DNA from: a virus
Strand: one strand, 5' to 3'
DNA length: 37,150 nucleotides
IMG/VR virus record: IMGVR_UViG_3300026613_000128
Part shown: positions 9,164 through 18,134 of the stretch, piece by piece
Layout of the letters: each line of letters starts with the position of its first letter
Position numbering within the stretch: position 1 is the stretch's first letter
Position numbers and translations under genes: made by a program
The notes under the pieces: model-generated
The model's input: the letters and a program-made list of their open reading frames with translations, nothing else
The model's database searches: none
Told to the model about the DNA's origin: nothing

Positions 9164-9696
9164 GCACAAGCCTTGATCGCCTGGCGCCTACCTCAGTTGT
9201 AGATGTGGTGGCTGTTTTTGATGCTGATTTTAACCAGGTGTTTCCTGATGCGGCACCTATGAGTGCTTCAATCAATCAGACGGCAACGTTTTTTAAACAC
9301 CCCCTGGAGGATAGTCGCCAAAGAACAGACCATATTATTTTTAACCCTGTAGAGGCTGTGCTCACGGTAGTGTTAACTGGCGCTGAATATCGTCAGGTTT
9401 ATCAGCAGATAAAGCAAATTTACAACACCCAAACAGCGCTTGTTTTTCGTACTAAGGTTGATACTTTCGAAAATATGTATCTTCAGGGAATGCCGCATGA
9501 TGAAACACCAGAAAATTATGATTCTGTGGTGGTTTCTCTCAGTCTTCAGGAAACCCAGTTTGGTACAACCGTGGTGACTTTTCAGCCTGCAAATACTGAG
9601 GATACTGATACGGTGGACAGGGGGCAGCAAGAGCCAGGAGAGCCCACTGAATCCCAGCAGCAACAGGGTTCAACCTTGTTTAGGATTTTCTCATGA
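9160..9696 (+). CDS. Distal tail/baseplate assembly protein (XkdP-position), family unknown
   Basis: 178-aa ORF coupled to the tape measure stop by ATGA. The function is positional. Confidence 0.55.
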   Translation: MSTSLDRLAPTSVVDVVAVFDADFNQVFPDAAPMSASINQTATFFKHPLEDSRQRTDHIIFNPVEAVLTVVLTGAEYRQVYQQIKQIYNTQTALVFRTKVDTFENMYLQGMPHDETPENYDSVVVSLSLQETQFGTTVVTFQPANTEDTDTVDRGQQEPGEPTESQQQQGSTLFRIFS

Positions 9697-10016
9697 GCTT
9701 GATTGTGCCTATTGCGTCCATTCCTAATCAATCGTTTTCCTTTCAGCCCGAAGAGGTTCGCTATGATATTCGGCTGGCTGATACTGGCAGCATGATGATT
9801 TTGGACCTTTCGATAAATGAGGTGGTGGTTTTATCGGGATCCAGGATAACGGGAGGGGCGCCGCTGATTCCTTACCAGTATCTTGAAAACGGGGGTGGCA
9901 ATTTCCTATTTTTAACAGAGCTGGGTGATATTCCTTACTGGGATCAATTTGGGATAACTCAAAGCCTGATGTATGTGACTGTCTCAGAACTGGAGGCTAT
10001 TCGTGCTGGATCCTAG
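9693..10016 (+). CDS. Baseplate-associated small protein
   Basis: 107-aa coupled ORF between the tape measure and hub genes. Confidence 0.55.
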   Translation: MSLIVPIASIPNQSFSFQPEEVRYDIRLADTGSMMILDLSINEVVVLSGSRITGGAPLIPYQYLENGGGNFLFLTELGDIPYWDQFGITQSLMYVTVSELEAIRAGS

Positions 10017-10842
10017 GGTTGTTCGGGTTGGTGTCACTATCAATGATCAGCTAAATGTCTATGAGGGGCTTGCTATAACCGCTCAGGGGTCCAAGTATGC
10101 GAGTGCCACTCAAAATGAAACCACAATTAAAATTGCCAATCTGAACAAGCAGGCACGTGATTTTTTGGCAACTGAGGGTACACCGTTCAATCGGGTCAGA
10201 AATAGAAGGCGGCAAAAAATTTTTGTCCAAGCTGGCAGGGAATCAACCGGTGTAGCTACCATTTTTATGGGTGATATCACGCTTGTGAATGTGGCACAGC
10301 CTCCTGACATTTGGACAGAGATACGTGCGGTAACTTCTCAGTTTCAGAAAGGCGATATTATATCGACAAGTGAGGGGCCTTTATCCACACTAAATGCCAT
10401 TTCCAAAAAGGCTGCAGATGCGTTGGGTGTAAGCCTCCAGTTCGAGGCTGATGATAAACAGATTGCCAATTACGGCTATACCGGATCAGTTACCAAGCAG
10501 GTTGATAAGCTGGCTGAGCTGGCCTCAGTGGATGCTTTTGTTGATGATGAGGTTTTGGTTGTCAAGAATATCAACGCGCCATTGTCGGGGCGCCGGCGTG
10601 AGCTGAGCGCAGCTAATGGCATGGTGGGAAAGCCTGAATTCACTGACTTTGGTGTTAAGGTGAAATTCCTGTTTGATGTTTATACCAAGGTGGGTGATGA
10701 GTTGGAAATTGTCAGTGAGGTTTATCCGGCTGCCAATGGTCGATATGTTATCTATAAACTGGATTTTGATATTGCCAACCGGGATACGCCATTTTGGTAC
10801 GTGGCCGAAACCAGAAGGCCTGGAGGGGTTTTAAGTGGCTAA
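10003..10842 (+). CDS. Baseplate hub protein (XkdQ / gpD-like)
   Basis: 279-aa ORF with a GTG start and SD tggagg 6 nt upstream, directly before the spike gene. Size and order match PBSX/Mu-type baseplate modules. Confidence 0.6.
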   Translation: MLDPRVVRVGVTINDQLNVYEGLAITAQGSKYASATQNETTIKIANLNKQARDFLATEGTPFNRVRNRRRQKIFVQAGRESTGVATIFMGDITLVNVAQPPDIWTEIRAVTSQFQKGDIISTSEGPLSTLNAISKKAADALGVSLQFEADDKQIANYGYTGSVTKQVDKLAELASVDAFVDDEVLVVKNINAPLSGRRRELSAANGMVGKPEFTDFGVKVKFLFDVYTKVGDELEIVSEVYPAANGRYVIYKLDFDIANRDTPFWYVAETRRPGGVLSG

Positions 10843-11485
10843 TAGTCAACCATCAAGAAATCCGGCCAACAGTTCGGGCGATTTTACTGGTGGCATGCGT
10901 GAGATTTTGCGCAAGTTTTTAGTTCGCGATGTGGATGACATGATTCCGGCTACGGTTGTGGCTTATGATCGGGCGTCTAACCGCGCTACTGTACAGCCAC
11001 AAATTGCTGTGCTGAAAACTGATGGAAGCTTTACCAGGCGTAACCAGGTAGCCAGCGTGCCTGTAGTTAATATTGGTGGGGGTAATGCCGTACTATCATT
11101 TAATCTCAACCCTGGCGATTTGGGATGGCTGAAGGCATCGGATAGAGATATTGCTGAATTTCTCAAAAACTACAGTGAATCATTGCCGGCAACCAAAAGA
11201 ATTCATGATTTCAATAATGGTATTTTTATCCCGGATATGATGACGGGTTATACCATTGATGAGGAGGATGAGGGGAATGCAGTTCTTCAAACGCTTGACG
11301 GTACTGTGAAGGTATCCCTCTTTCCTGATAAGTTAAAGCTGACGGCCCCAGTTGTTGAAGTTGCCGCTGCTGCACAGCTGGGTGGGCCTGCAGGTTTGCC
11401 GATTGCTAGGCTTGGTGACCAGGTTACAGTTGGCGGAAATGTTGGTGTTATAACGAGTGCCAGCGGTATTCATAGGGCGACATGA
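10835..11485 (+). CDS. Baseplate central spike protein (Gp138-N / gpV-like)
   Basis: IPATVVAYDRASNRATVQPQIAVLKTDGS...VPVVNIGGGNAVLSFNLNPGDLGWLKASDRDI matches the OB-fold N-domain pattern of gp138/gpV spikes. Confidence 0.75.
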   Translation: MANSQPSRNPANSSGDFTGGMREILRKFLVRDVDDMIPATVVAYDRASNRATVQPQIAVLKTDGSFTRRNQVASVPVVNIGGGNAVLSFNLNPGDLGWLKASDRDIAEFLKNYSESLPATKRIHDFNNGIFIPDMMTGYTIDEEDEGNAVLQTLDGTVKVSLFPDKLKLTAPVVEVAAAAQLGGPAGLPIARLGDQVTVGGNVGVITSASGIHRAT

Positions 11486-11841
11486 TGGCTATACGAATTT
11501 TTGCAGAGAATGAAAAGCGCGATATTTTCATGGGTAGCAATAAGCGGATATCTATAATTGATGGGAAATCTGCTGTTGCTCAGGCTGCGAAAAGTGCTGT
11601 TGAGATCCAGTTGGGGGAAGCGATTTATAACACTGTGAGAGGTGTGCCTTCGGATCGCGCTGTGTGGAGTGGCACCCCCGATTTGCAGCAATTTGAGTTC
11701 TATGCACGGCGTCAAATATTAAGTGTTCCCGATGTCCTGGAAGTTACATTTTTTAATGCTGAAATGGTGGGTGATGAGCTTCAATATCAGGCCACTATTA
11801 AAACGACATTTGGAGAGGGTCAAATAAATGGCAGCGTATGA
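11482..11841 (+). CDS. Baseplate wedge protein (gp25/W-like)
   Basis: 119-aa coupled ORF immediately upstream of baseplate J. It contains a ..IQLGEAIYNTVRGVP.. motif. Confidence 0.6.
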   Translation: MMAIRIFAENEKRDIFMGSNKRISIIDGKSAVAQAAKSAVEIQLGEAIYNTVRGVPSDRAVWSGTPDLQQFEFYARRQILSVPDVLEVTFFNAEMVGDELQYQATIKTTFGEGQINGSV

Positions 11842-13036
11842 TTTTATTAATTTAAGCGGTGTTATTGTTGCTGATACCTCAGCTACAAAGGGAGAGGTTC
11901 AGCAAGAATACCGGGATATTTTCGGTGATGATTTAGACCTTGATGATGAGACCCCCGAGGGGGTTTTGATTAACAGTGAAACATTATCCCGCAATGGTAT
12001 TGCCAACAACAACGCCAACATGGCCAATCAGATCAATCCTAATTTGGCTGGTGGTATTTTTCTGGATGCCATATGGGCGCTGACTTATGCCTTAACCGGT
12101 GGGCGCCGGGAGGCCACCCCCTCAACATTCTCTCAACCGATTAACTTGACTGGCGTGCCTGGTACGGTGATCCCTGCGGGTAGTGTTGCCTTGTCTGTGG
12201 CTGGTGATGAATTTGAGTCTTTGTCTGAAGTGGTGTTAGATCTGGCTGGTGAGGCCTCTGTGGCTTTCCAGGCAGTAAAGAATGGCCCTATTGCTGTTGG
12301 TATTGGTGAACTTAATAGCTTGGCTCCTGGTGCGCCTCTGGGTTGGGAGACGGTAAATAACACTGTTGCGGCTACGCTGGGTAGTGATGAGGAGAGTGAT
12401 TCTCAGAGCCGCCTTAGGCGCGTTGATACATTGGCGCTTCAAGGGATAGCAATATCTGAGGCCATTACATCTGCTCTCAATAATATTAATGGCGTAAAAA
12501 GCTTGTCATACAGGGAGAATTTCACTGATACAGATCAAGTTATTGATGGTGTTTTTTTGCTTAAGCATTCAGTTTATGCCTGCGTGGATGGGGGTGGTAA
12601 TGGTGAGGTTGCTTTAGCGCTCCTGGAAAACAAAACAGCGGGAGCAAATTGGAATGGCGCTCTTGAGATTCCTGTTCTTGATGAAACAAGCGGCCAAGTT
12701 TATCCGGTGAAATTTGATAGACCTGTGCTTGTTCAAGTATGGATTCGAGTAACAATTGCCCCCACTACAGTATCAAATCCCTCTGATGTTATTGATGATG
12801 CTGTTTTAAAGTATGTTAATGGAGAGCTTGAGGGGCAGCGTGGTTTTGTGGTGGGAGCCAATGCCAGCCCATTTGAAATTGCTAGCGCTGTTAATATTGA
12901 GGCTCCTACTATTTTTGTCCGACAGGTTGAGCTATCTACTGATGGTCTTGTATACAACGTGGCTGAGATTCCTGTGGAAATTTTTGAAGTGGCGCGCACC
13001 AGTGCTGCTCAAATAACAACGGTTATAGTGCCATGA
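11828..13036 (+). CDS. Baseplate J-like protein
   Basis: 402-aa ORF whose size and position (after the gp25-like gene, before the DUF2612-like gene and fibre) fit. N-terminus ..TKGEVQQEYRDIFGDDLDLDDETPEGVLINSE. Confidence 0.8.
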   Translation: MAAYDFINLSGVIVADTSATKGEVQQEYRDIFGDDLDLDDETPEGVLINSETLSRNGIANNNANMANQINPNLAGGIFLDAIWALTYALTGGRREATPSTFSQPINLTGVPGTVIPAGSVALSVAGDEFESLSEVVLDLAGEASVAFQAVKNGPIAVGIGELNSLAPGAPLGWETVNNTVAATLGSDEESDSQSRLRRVDTLALQGIAISEAITSALNNINGVKSLSYRENFTDTDQVIDGVFLLKHSVYACVDGGGNGEVALALLENKTAGANWNGALEIPVLDETSGQVYPVKFDRPVLVQVWIRVTIAPTTVSNPSDVIDDAVLKYVNGELEGQRGFVVGANASPFEIASAVNIEAPTIFVRQVELSTDGLVYNVAEIPVEIFEVARTSAAQITTVIVP

Positions 13037-13680
13037 AGGTTCAAGCGTTTGATTTTTCAATTGATGTTATTCGCTCGTTGCTTTGGCGTCATAATGAGGC
13101 TGAAAATTTACAGGCTATTTTGCAGAATAAGCAAGCTGCCATGGATGAGCTAAACCAGGATTTTTGGGAGTCTTGGTTTGATGATGTTTTTAACCTGGAT
13201 ACAGCCAATAGTTTTGGTCTTTCAGTCTGGTCTATCATCCTTGATATTTCGCTCACTGTAGGATCAGGAACCCCTGAGATTCCAAATTCAAATTTTGGTT
13301 TTGGATCATTCAGGAAAAATTTTAATAACGGAAATTTCACCAATGTTGGTGATGTTGTCATCAGTGATGATGATGCGCGCATACTATTAAAGCTGCGTTA
13401 TTACCAGCTGGTTACGCGTGGCACCATTCCAGAATGCAACAAAATTGTGGCTGATGTATTCAGTGATTTTGGTCTGGTTTTTGCGCTTGATGGTTATGAT
13501 ATGACCATGGCTTATATATTTGAGCAGGATCCACCATTGAATATTAAGCGCTTGCTGGAAGATTATGATTTACTCCCGCGCCCATCGGGTGTTGGTGTGC
13601 GGGTGGTGTATGCTCCGAATAGTGCATTTGGCTTTGGTGGTTTTCGTAAAAACTTTAACAATGGTAATTTTAGGGCGTAA
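13033..13680 (+). CDS. Baseplate/tail-fibre adaptor protein (DUF2612-like) with an internal duplicated motif
   Basis: 215-aa ORF carrying NSNFGFGSFRKNFNNGNF (nt about 13290-13343) and NSAFGFGGFRKNFNNGNF (nt about 13618-13671). Confidence 0.6.
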   Translation: MKVQAFDFSIDVIRSLLWRHNEAENLQAILQNKQAAMDELNQDFWESWFDDVFNLDTANSFGLSVWSIILDISLTVGSGTPEIPNSNFGFGSFRKNFNNGNFTNVGDVVISDDDARILLKLRYYQLVTRGTIPECNKIVADVFSDFGLVFALDGYDMTMAYIFEQDPPLNIKRLLEDYDLLPRPSGVGVRVVYAPNSAFGFGGFRKNFNNGNFRA

Positions 13681-13682
13681 TC

Positions 13683-14696
13683 ATGACTAAATATTTTGGG
13701 ATTCCCTTTGCTAATGCTGGTGATAAGGTTCCAGTTCCAAACGGTTTACAGCCTGGTGGTGAGGTGAGTTATACCGAAGGATGGGGGCCTGATTATGAGG
13801 CTGATCAGGAGTCAGATCCTTCAGCAAAGGACATAAGCCGTACTGCAGAAAATCAATTGAAATTTGATATCACAGAGGCCCTGAAGGAGCTCCAGGAGCT
13901 CGGGTTTAAAGTGTATGCCTCTGATGTTAATTATCCAGTTACAGCTTATACCGTAGGGTCTGATGGTCGTGTTTATCAGGCAGCTATAGTCAACGGTCCT
14001 GCATCATCCATTGTTGATCCTGTTGGTGATGGTACGGGAACCTGGTTTCCCGCTCTTGGTCATTCCATTCAAACGGTATTGACTGCCTCAAATCCTGCTT
14101 GGAATCCTAATCCATTGACAAAAGTGATTGAGTTTATGGCAATTGGTGGTGGAGGTGGTGCAGGTGGTGTAAATGGCCAGGGGGTTGGCACTGCTGGGGT
14201 GTCATCTGGTGGTGGTGGTGGTTCAACTGTTGTAAAGCGTTTCAATAATGCCGGTGGTCCATTTGCTATTATCGTTGGTGCGGGTGGTGCCGGTGGGGCT
14301 CCTGGCAATACATTTGGCAATGGTGGCGGTATCACCTCAATCATTGGTCCTGGAGTGAATCTCCAGGCTGGTGGTGGTGGTGGTGGTTTTGGTCAGACAG
14401 CATCAGCCGGTGACCAGCGCGTGCCTATTGGAGCTGGCGGCTCAGGGCTTGGGGGGGATTATACCTTGGTCGGTGGGTCATCAAGTGCTGGCTATATTGT
14501 GGGTGGTGTCAGGGGTTCTGAGAGCTTCTCAGGCGGTTCTTATGGTGGCCCTGGTAAACCTTCAAATGCTGGCCCTGCATTTGATGGCGATGGGTTTGGT
14601 GAAGGCGGTGGTGGCGTATCGGTTTTTGGTACTGCTGATCAGCTTGGAGGTGGTGATGGGTTTCAGGGTGTGGTGATTATTAAGGAGTATTTATAA
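13683..14696 (+). CDS. Tail fibre protein with a glycine-rich C-terminal domain
   Basis: The N-terminus MTKYFGIPFANAGDKVPVPNGLQPGGEVSYTEGWGPDYE is a typical fibre attachment motif. The C-terminal 200 aa are Gly-rich (IGGGGGAGGVNGQG..GGGGGGFGQ..). Confidence 0.75.
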   Translation: MTKYFGIPFANAGDKVPVPNGLQPGGEVSYTEGWGPDYEADQESDPSAKDISRTAENQLKFDITEALKELQELGFKVYASDVNYPVTAYTVGSDGRVYQAAIVNGPASSIVDPVGDGTGTWFPALGHSIQTVLTASNPAWNPNPLTKVIEFMAIGGGGGAGGVNGQGVGTAGVSSGGGGGSTVVKRFNNAGGPFAIIVGAGGAGGAPGNTFGNGGGITSIIGPGVNLQAGGGGGGFGQTASAGDQRVPIGAGGSGLGGDYTLVGGSSSAGYIVGGVRGSESFSGGSYGGPGKPSNAGPAFDGDGFGEGGGGVSVFGTADQLGGGDGFQGVVIIKEYL

Positions 14697-14869
14697 TGAA
14701 AGCGGTGCGTATTGAAGGTGGCGTTGTAACCAACGTGGCTATTTTTGATGATGAAAGCGACCTCCCCGAAGGTTGGCAAGAAATTGGCAACAAAGAGGCG
14801 GTTGAGATTGACAGTGTTGTTAATGATCAAGGAGGATTTGAAGCGCCCCCACGCACTTCTCAAGAGTAA
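14696..14869 (+). CDS. Small conserved-type protein downstream of the tail fibre (57 aa; absent from the ORF track)
   Basis: The ATG overlaps the fibre stop (TAATG). It translates to MKAVRIEGGVVTNVAIFDDESDLPEGWQEIGNKEAVEIDSVVNDQGGFEAPPRTSQE. The MK..RI..G.V.NV pattern is common in small genes after tail fibres. Confidence 0.6.
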   Translation: MKAVRIEGGVVTNVAIFDDESDLPEGWQEIGNKEAVEIDSVVNDQGGFEAPPRTSQE

Positions 14870-14874
14870 GGAGA

Positions 14875-15096
14875 TTATTTTTTGGGGTAGATTTGGTGTG
14901 GTTTTGTGATAAGGCTATATGCTCTATCTACAAGCGCACCTTTTCCCCGGTGATCTTTCACTTTGTCTATCTCAATTTTTTGGCTATCAATACCGGTGGT
15001 CTCAATATACCGGTTAAGAGTGTTTATCTTTTGCTCCAGGGGAAGGGAGATAATTTTTCTCATTCTTTCTATTGATGATCGATCAGGCTTTTTCAT
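14875..15096 (-). CDS. Hypothetical protein (last gene of the leftward operon)
   Basis: 73-aa ORF whose ATGA overlaps the upstream gene stop. Confidence 0.55.
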   Translation of the reverse strand: MKKPDRSSIERMRKIISLPLEQKINTLNRYIETTGIDSQKIEIDKVKDHRGKGALVDRAYSLITKPHQIYPKK

Positions 15097-15686
15097 AAAT
15101 ACTCAAGCATGCTATTTACAGCATTCTCCATTTGTTCTTCAGTTTCAAAATGTCGCACCAGAACCAGATTCCAGATTACTGAAAAGACGGCCTTATACCA
15201 GGCGTTAAAATCCTCTTGTGCCATGGATCCAAATGAGAGAGAGCGTGCTTTTTTCTGGAGTCCTGACGGGCTCATCTCCAGGTCATAAAATCCCGCTCTG
15301 ATGGTTACATCCTTGCGGAATGCATCAAAGCTTTTCTCAAGCTCTCCAATTCGCAGCAGACGGTTATCTGCAACTTCCTTGGCAATCAGTGCAACCTGCT
15401 CCACGATTACACCAGAGCCCCCACCCATGGCGTCAAGCCGGTCAGCTATAATCTGTGCCATATGACGCTCACCGGCTGTTAGGGGCTCTGTGGGAGGCTC
15501 CCAGTATGAAAAGCCCAACTGGAGGAGAGCGAACCCTTTTCGATGGTGAGCGCCGTTTCTTGGCTTCTGTGCCTTAAACCTGATAGTGTCACCCACTTTA
15601 TACAGGCGGCACGCCTCTTGATCCTGCTCAGTGGCCGGGAAAAAGCCCTGATTGATTTTCTTGAGATGGATTTCTTCAGCGGCCAT
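15093..15686 (-). CDS. DUF1367-like phage protein, function unknown
   Basis: 197-aa ORF with SD gagga. ..FKAQKPRNGAHHRKGFALLQLGFSYWEPP.. resembles the signature I recall for DUF1367. The family is assigned from memory. Confidence 0.5.
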   Translation of the reverse strand: MAAEEIHLKKINQGFFPATEQDQEACRLYKVGDTIRFKAQKPRNGAHHRKGFALLQLGFSYWEPPTEPLTAGERHMAQIIADRLDAMGGGSGVIVEQVALIAKEVADNRLLRIGELEKSFDAFRKDVTIRAGFYDLEMSPSGLQKKARSLSFGSMAQEDFNAWYKAVFSVIWNLVLVRHFETEEQMENAVNSMLEYL

Positions 15687-15696
15687 TTCTTCATCC

Positions 15697-16035
15697 TCAT
15701 TGAATAAATTTACTAATACTCACCGATGGTGCGCTGACATTTCCATAGATGTCAATTGTTCTTATTGTAAAATAACAGCTCGTGTTGCTCGGGAGTTCCT
15801 CGGGTATGCATGCGGGTTGCCCTTTAAAGCTATAGGTAAAGGATTCATTGCCGCATTGCACATTAACTTCATGATCATCTACCTCAGTGGATTTAAATGG
15901 CGTTCCATCATTTCTCTCGGTAGCAACATCCCAAGTCAGAATTGCATGGCACGGACCACTTCCAAAACCACCGCCAGGAAGGTGGCATTTTTGTAAAGCG
16001 GCTAAGGTGATGATAGACCAGATAAGTATTCTCAT
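15697..16035 (-). CDS. Secreted Fn3-like protein
   Basis: It has an N-terminal signal-like segment MRILIWSIITLAALQ. ILTWDVATERNDGTPFKSTEVDDHEVNV...YFTIRTIDIYGNVSAPS resembles bacterial fibronectin-III repeats. SD gagga. Confidence 0.6.
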   Translation of the reverse strand: MRILIWSIITLAALQKCHLPGGGFGSGPCHAILTWDVATERNDGTPFKSTEVDDHEVNVQCGNESFTYSFKGQPACIPEELPSNTSCYFTIRTIDIYGNVSAPSVSISKFIQ

Positions 16036-16043
16036 TTTTATCC

Positions 16044-16544
16044 TCAGGAATAAATTTTTCTAACAGGCATTAAGCCACCGATGCCTCCAGGAAATCGAAA
16101 AGCAATAAGCTCTAATGGCCCTCTGTCAATGCAAATTCCAAGTGGCTTGGGAAGGGCTTCCAGGAGCGGTAAATATTTAATGCTGTCAATATAAATGCCA
16201 TTTCCAATATGAATAGGACATACTCCATTGCCATAACCGGTGCCCTTGCATTGTCGGCATCGTGCGCACTCTTTGCGGGTTCTTTCAGTGAATTCAGGTA
16301 GCTCAATATATTGATTATCACTATTGGTGCAGACATCAAGAAATCGTTCAATTCCAAGCCTGGCTTTACTGCCGATAGATTGAGTAGATTCTATATCTCT
16401 GATAGGCAGCGCAATAAAAGCATGTTTATTTCCATAAAATTTATAGCCACCATGGGTAAATGGTGTCCGTAAAAAGAATTCTGATGGGTTTAATTCATCG
16501 CTAGGCTTGGCGCAGAATGCCATTAATAATTTGCTGTCAATCAT
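16044..16544 (-). CDS. Hypothetical protein with a CXXCXGXG (DnaJ-type) zinc motif
   Basis: 166-aa ORF containing CARCRQCKGTGYGNGVC. Confidence 0.6.
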   Translation of the reverse strand: MIDSKLLMAFCAKPSDELNPSEFFLRTPFTHGGYKFYGNKHAFIALPIRDIESTQSIGSKARLGIERFLDVCTNSDNQYIELPEFTERTRKECARCRQCKGTGYGNGVCPIHIGNGIYIDSIKYLPLLEALPKPLGICIDRGPLELIAFRFPGGIGGLMPVRKIYS

Positions 16545-16569
16545 GATTTAGTCCTTTTTGATTTTTGGT

Positions 16570-16866
16570 TTAGTATTCAAGTGATCCAGGTATCTCACGT
16601 TGAGTAACTGACATAATCACCCACCCATCAGCCAGCCCATATAGAGGGCCATGCATAACAAAATCAACTTCTAAATAAATTTCTCTTCCTGAATAGATGA
16701 GAGGTTTTTCATTCCTCATTTCTTCACCAGAATGCTTTGTTTCGTTAAGTAGAAGAATGTCGCCTGGCCTAAAATCCCTATCATTTAAGCGTATTTCAAA
16801 GCCTTTTATTCCATCCCATGAGGCCTGAAAAGCATCAGGGTCTGTTTTTAGTTCGTGAATAGTCAT
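16570..16866 (-). CDS. DUF3850 / ASCH-like (PUA-fold) protein
   Basis: From the ATG at 16866: MTIHELKTDPDAFQASWDGIKGFEIRLNDRDFRPGDILLLNE...YSGREIYLEVDFVMHG..GLADGWVIMSV. This matches the HELK..P..F......G.K.FEiR.NDRdF..GD.L.L.E pattern of DUF3850. Confidence 0.7.
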   Translation of the reverse strand: MTIHELKTDPDAFQASWDGIKGFEIRLNDRDFRPGDILLLNETKHSGEEMRNEKPLIYSGREIYLEVDFVMHGPLYGLADGWVIMSVTQREIPGSLEY

Positions 16867-16877
16867 GTGATAACTCC

Positions 16878-17336
16878 CTACTTTCGGTCTTTTCTGTTTA
16901 AAATGAGAAGCTGTTTCTGGCATACCTCTTTAGCTTTGTTGCATTGGTCAATATCAAACCACCCAAAATGGCAGCCAGCTTTTGCTATCGACAGCTCCCC
17001 GGCAAGCCATGTATAGGCCTCATCTCTGGACATGTAGCCTTTTTCATACAGTGGGATGAAGAAAGCCTTAGCATCCTTCCTGGCTTCCCTGGTTAACCCG
17101 TTGGCCAATGTGCCAAGTGGTATATTGGTGAATTTATGCATCCCTACATAAGCACCGCAATTGTTACAGAGATAAAGCCAGGGCCACTCACCAAATGGAC
17201 GCCCATAAACAAAAGCATTTTCTGTGATAGTCACATTATCGCTATCACAGATATGGCAACTGGTGGGTACTGGGAGAGGATTTTTTACACGCTTTATAGC
17301 TTTCCTGGATGGATTCCAGGGAGTTTTATCATTCAT
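16878..17336 (-). CDS. DUF3268-like zinc-finger protein
   Basis: CHICDSDN...WLYLCNNCGAYVGMHKFTNIPLGTLANGLTREARKDAKAFF...EAYTWLAGELSI..AGCHFGWFDIDQC matches the recalled DUF3268 pattern. Confidence 0.65.
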   Translation of the reverse strand: MNDKTPWNPSRKAIKRVKNPLPVPTSCHICDSDNVTITENAFVYGRPFGEWPWLYLCNNCGAYVGMHKFTNIPLGTLANGLTREARKDAKAFFIPLYEKGYMSRDEAYTWLAGELSIAKAGCHFGWFDIDQCNKAKEVCQKQLLILNRKDRK

Positions 17337-17360
17337 AATTTTGGCCTTTTATTTAATGAC

Positions 17361-17762
17361 TTAGGAAAATAAATCTGGTTGCCTTCCGATATTAAGAGCC
17401 CACGTTTCCATATTATTCCAGGTGTGAATCCATTCAGCGCTACAATTCTCATACTTTCGGTTCATATCTATGAGCCAGAGAATAACCTTTCTGGCCTCAT
17501 CCAGAGCTTGCATTTCTGTGGTAGGGTCTCTATCGCCTTTCTGGTAGCGAATTCCTGATGCTTTGGAGAGGGGTGTTCCCATTCCCATGGTGCCGCAGCT
17601 TGTGACTTTTTTGTCATACGATACTGCCTGTAGCCAGCAATCTGGTTCAACCTGCAAAATACGAGCTTCTAAATAAATTCGGCTATCCTCAAAAATATAA
17701 GCATCAGCTTTTTCTTTTGGATAAACGCCATGGACGTTAGGTTGAATTTTTTCCATTGGCAT
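17361..17762 (-). CDS. Hypothetical protein
   Basis: 133-aa ORF in the operon. The start is uncertain (17762 or 17756) and overlaps the upstream gene by about 20 nt. Confidence 0.55.
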   Translation of the reverse strand: MPMEKIQPNVHGVYPKEKADAYIFEDSRIYLEARILQVEPDCWLQAVSYDKKVTSCGTMGMGTPLSKASGIRYQKGDRDPTTEMQALDEARKVILWLIDMNRKYENCSAEWIHTWNNMETWALNIGRQPDLFS

Positions 17763-18129
17763 GCTCCATATTTGTTAGAATCTGACAGGCATTATTCATT
17801 AGTATGGATCTGGCCGCGTAAAATTTAGAGCGATCTTTAGGGGATATGTTGCAGCATGAATAGACTTCAGCGGCGCGAACAATTGTTTCTCTTAGCTTTA
17901 TAATGTCCGCAATATCAACAATTGCTTTATCTTTTGTTATCGATTGTAGGCGCTCAGAGGCTTCAGAAATAACAATATCAGGATCATAATCGACCTCAGC
18001 AGGTATACGCATGGTAAACGTTTTTAAAATGCTTTCATTACCCTGACAAATGGATTCAACAATTTCATCCAATCTCTTACAAATTTCCTCTGTGGGTACT
18101 TCGCTAGGATTTTTATATTTTCTACTCAT
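17737..18129 (-). CDS. Hypothetical protein (Ead/Ea22-like motif, tentative)
   Basis: 130 aa. ..TFTMRIPAEVDYDPDIVISEASERL.. is reminiscent of Ead/Ea22-family lambdoid early proteins. Confidence 0.5.
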   Translation of the reverse strand: MSRKYKNPSEVPTEEICKRLDEIVESICQGNESILKTFTMRIPAEVDYDPDIVISEASERLQSITKDKAIVDIADIIKLRETIVRAAEVYSCCNISPKDRSKFYAARSILMNNACQILTNMEHANGKNST

Positions 18130-18134
18130 GGTCT

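Noticed and set aside
14150-14400. Repetitive GGTGGTGGT stretches, considered as a CRISPR-like or satellite repeat array
   Set aside because: They are in-frame glycine codons of the tail-fibre C-terminal domain, with no repeat-spacer periodicity. No CRISPR array, tRNA or rRNA was seen anywhere in the window.
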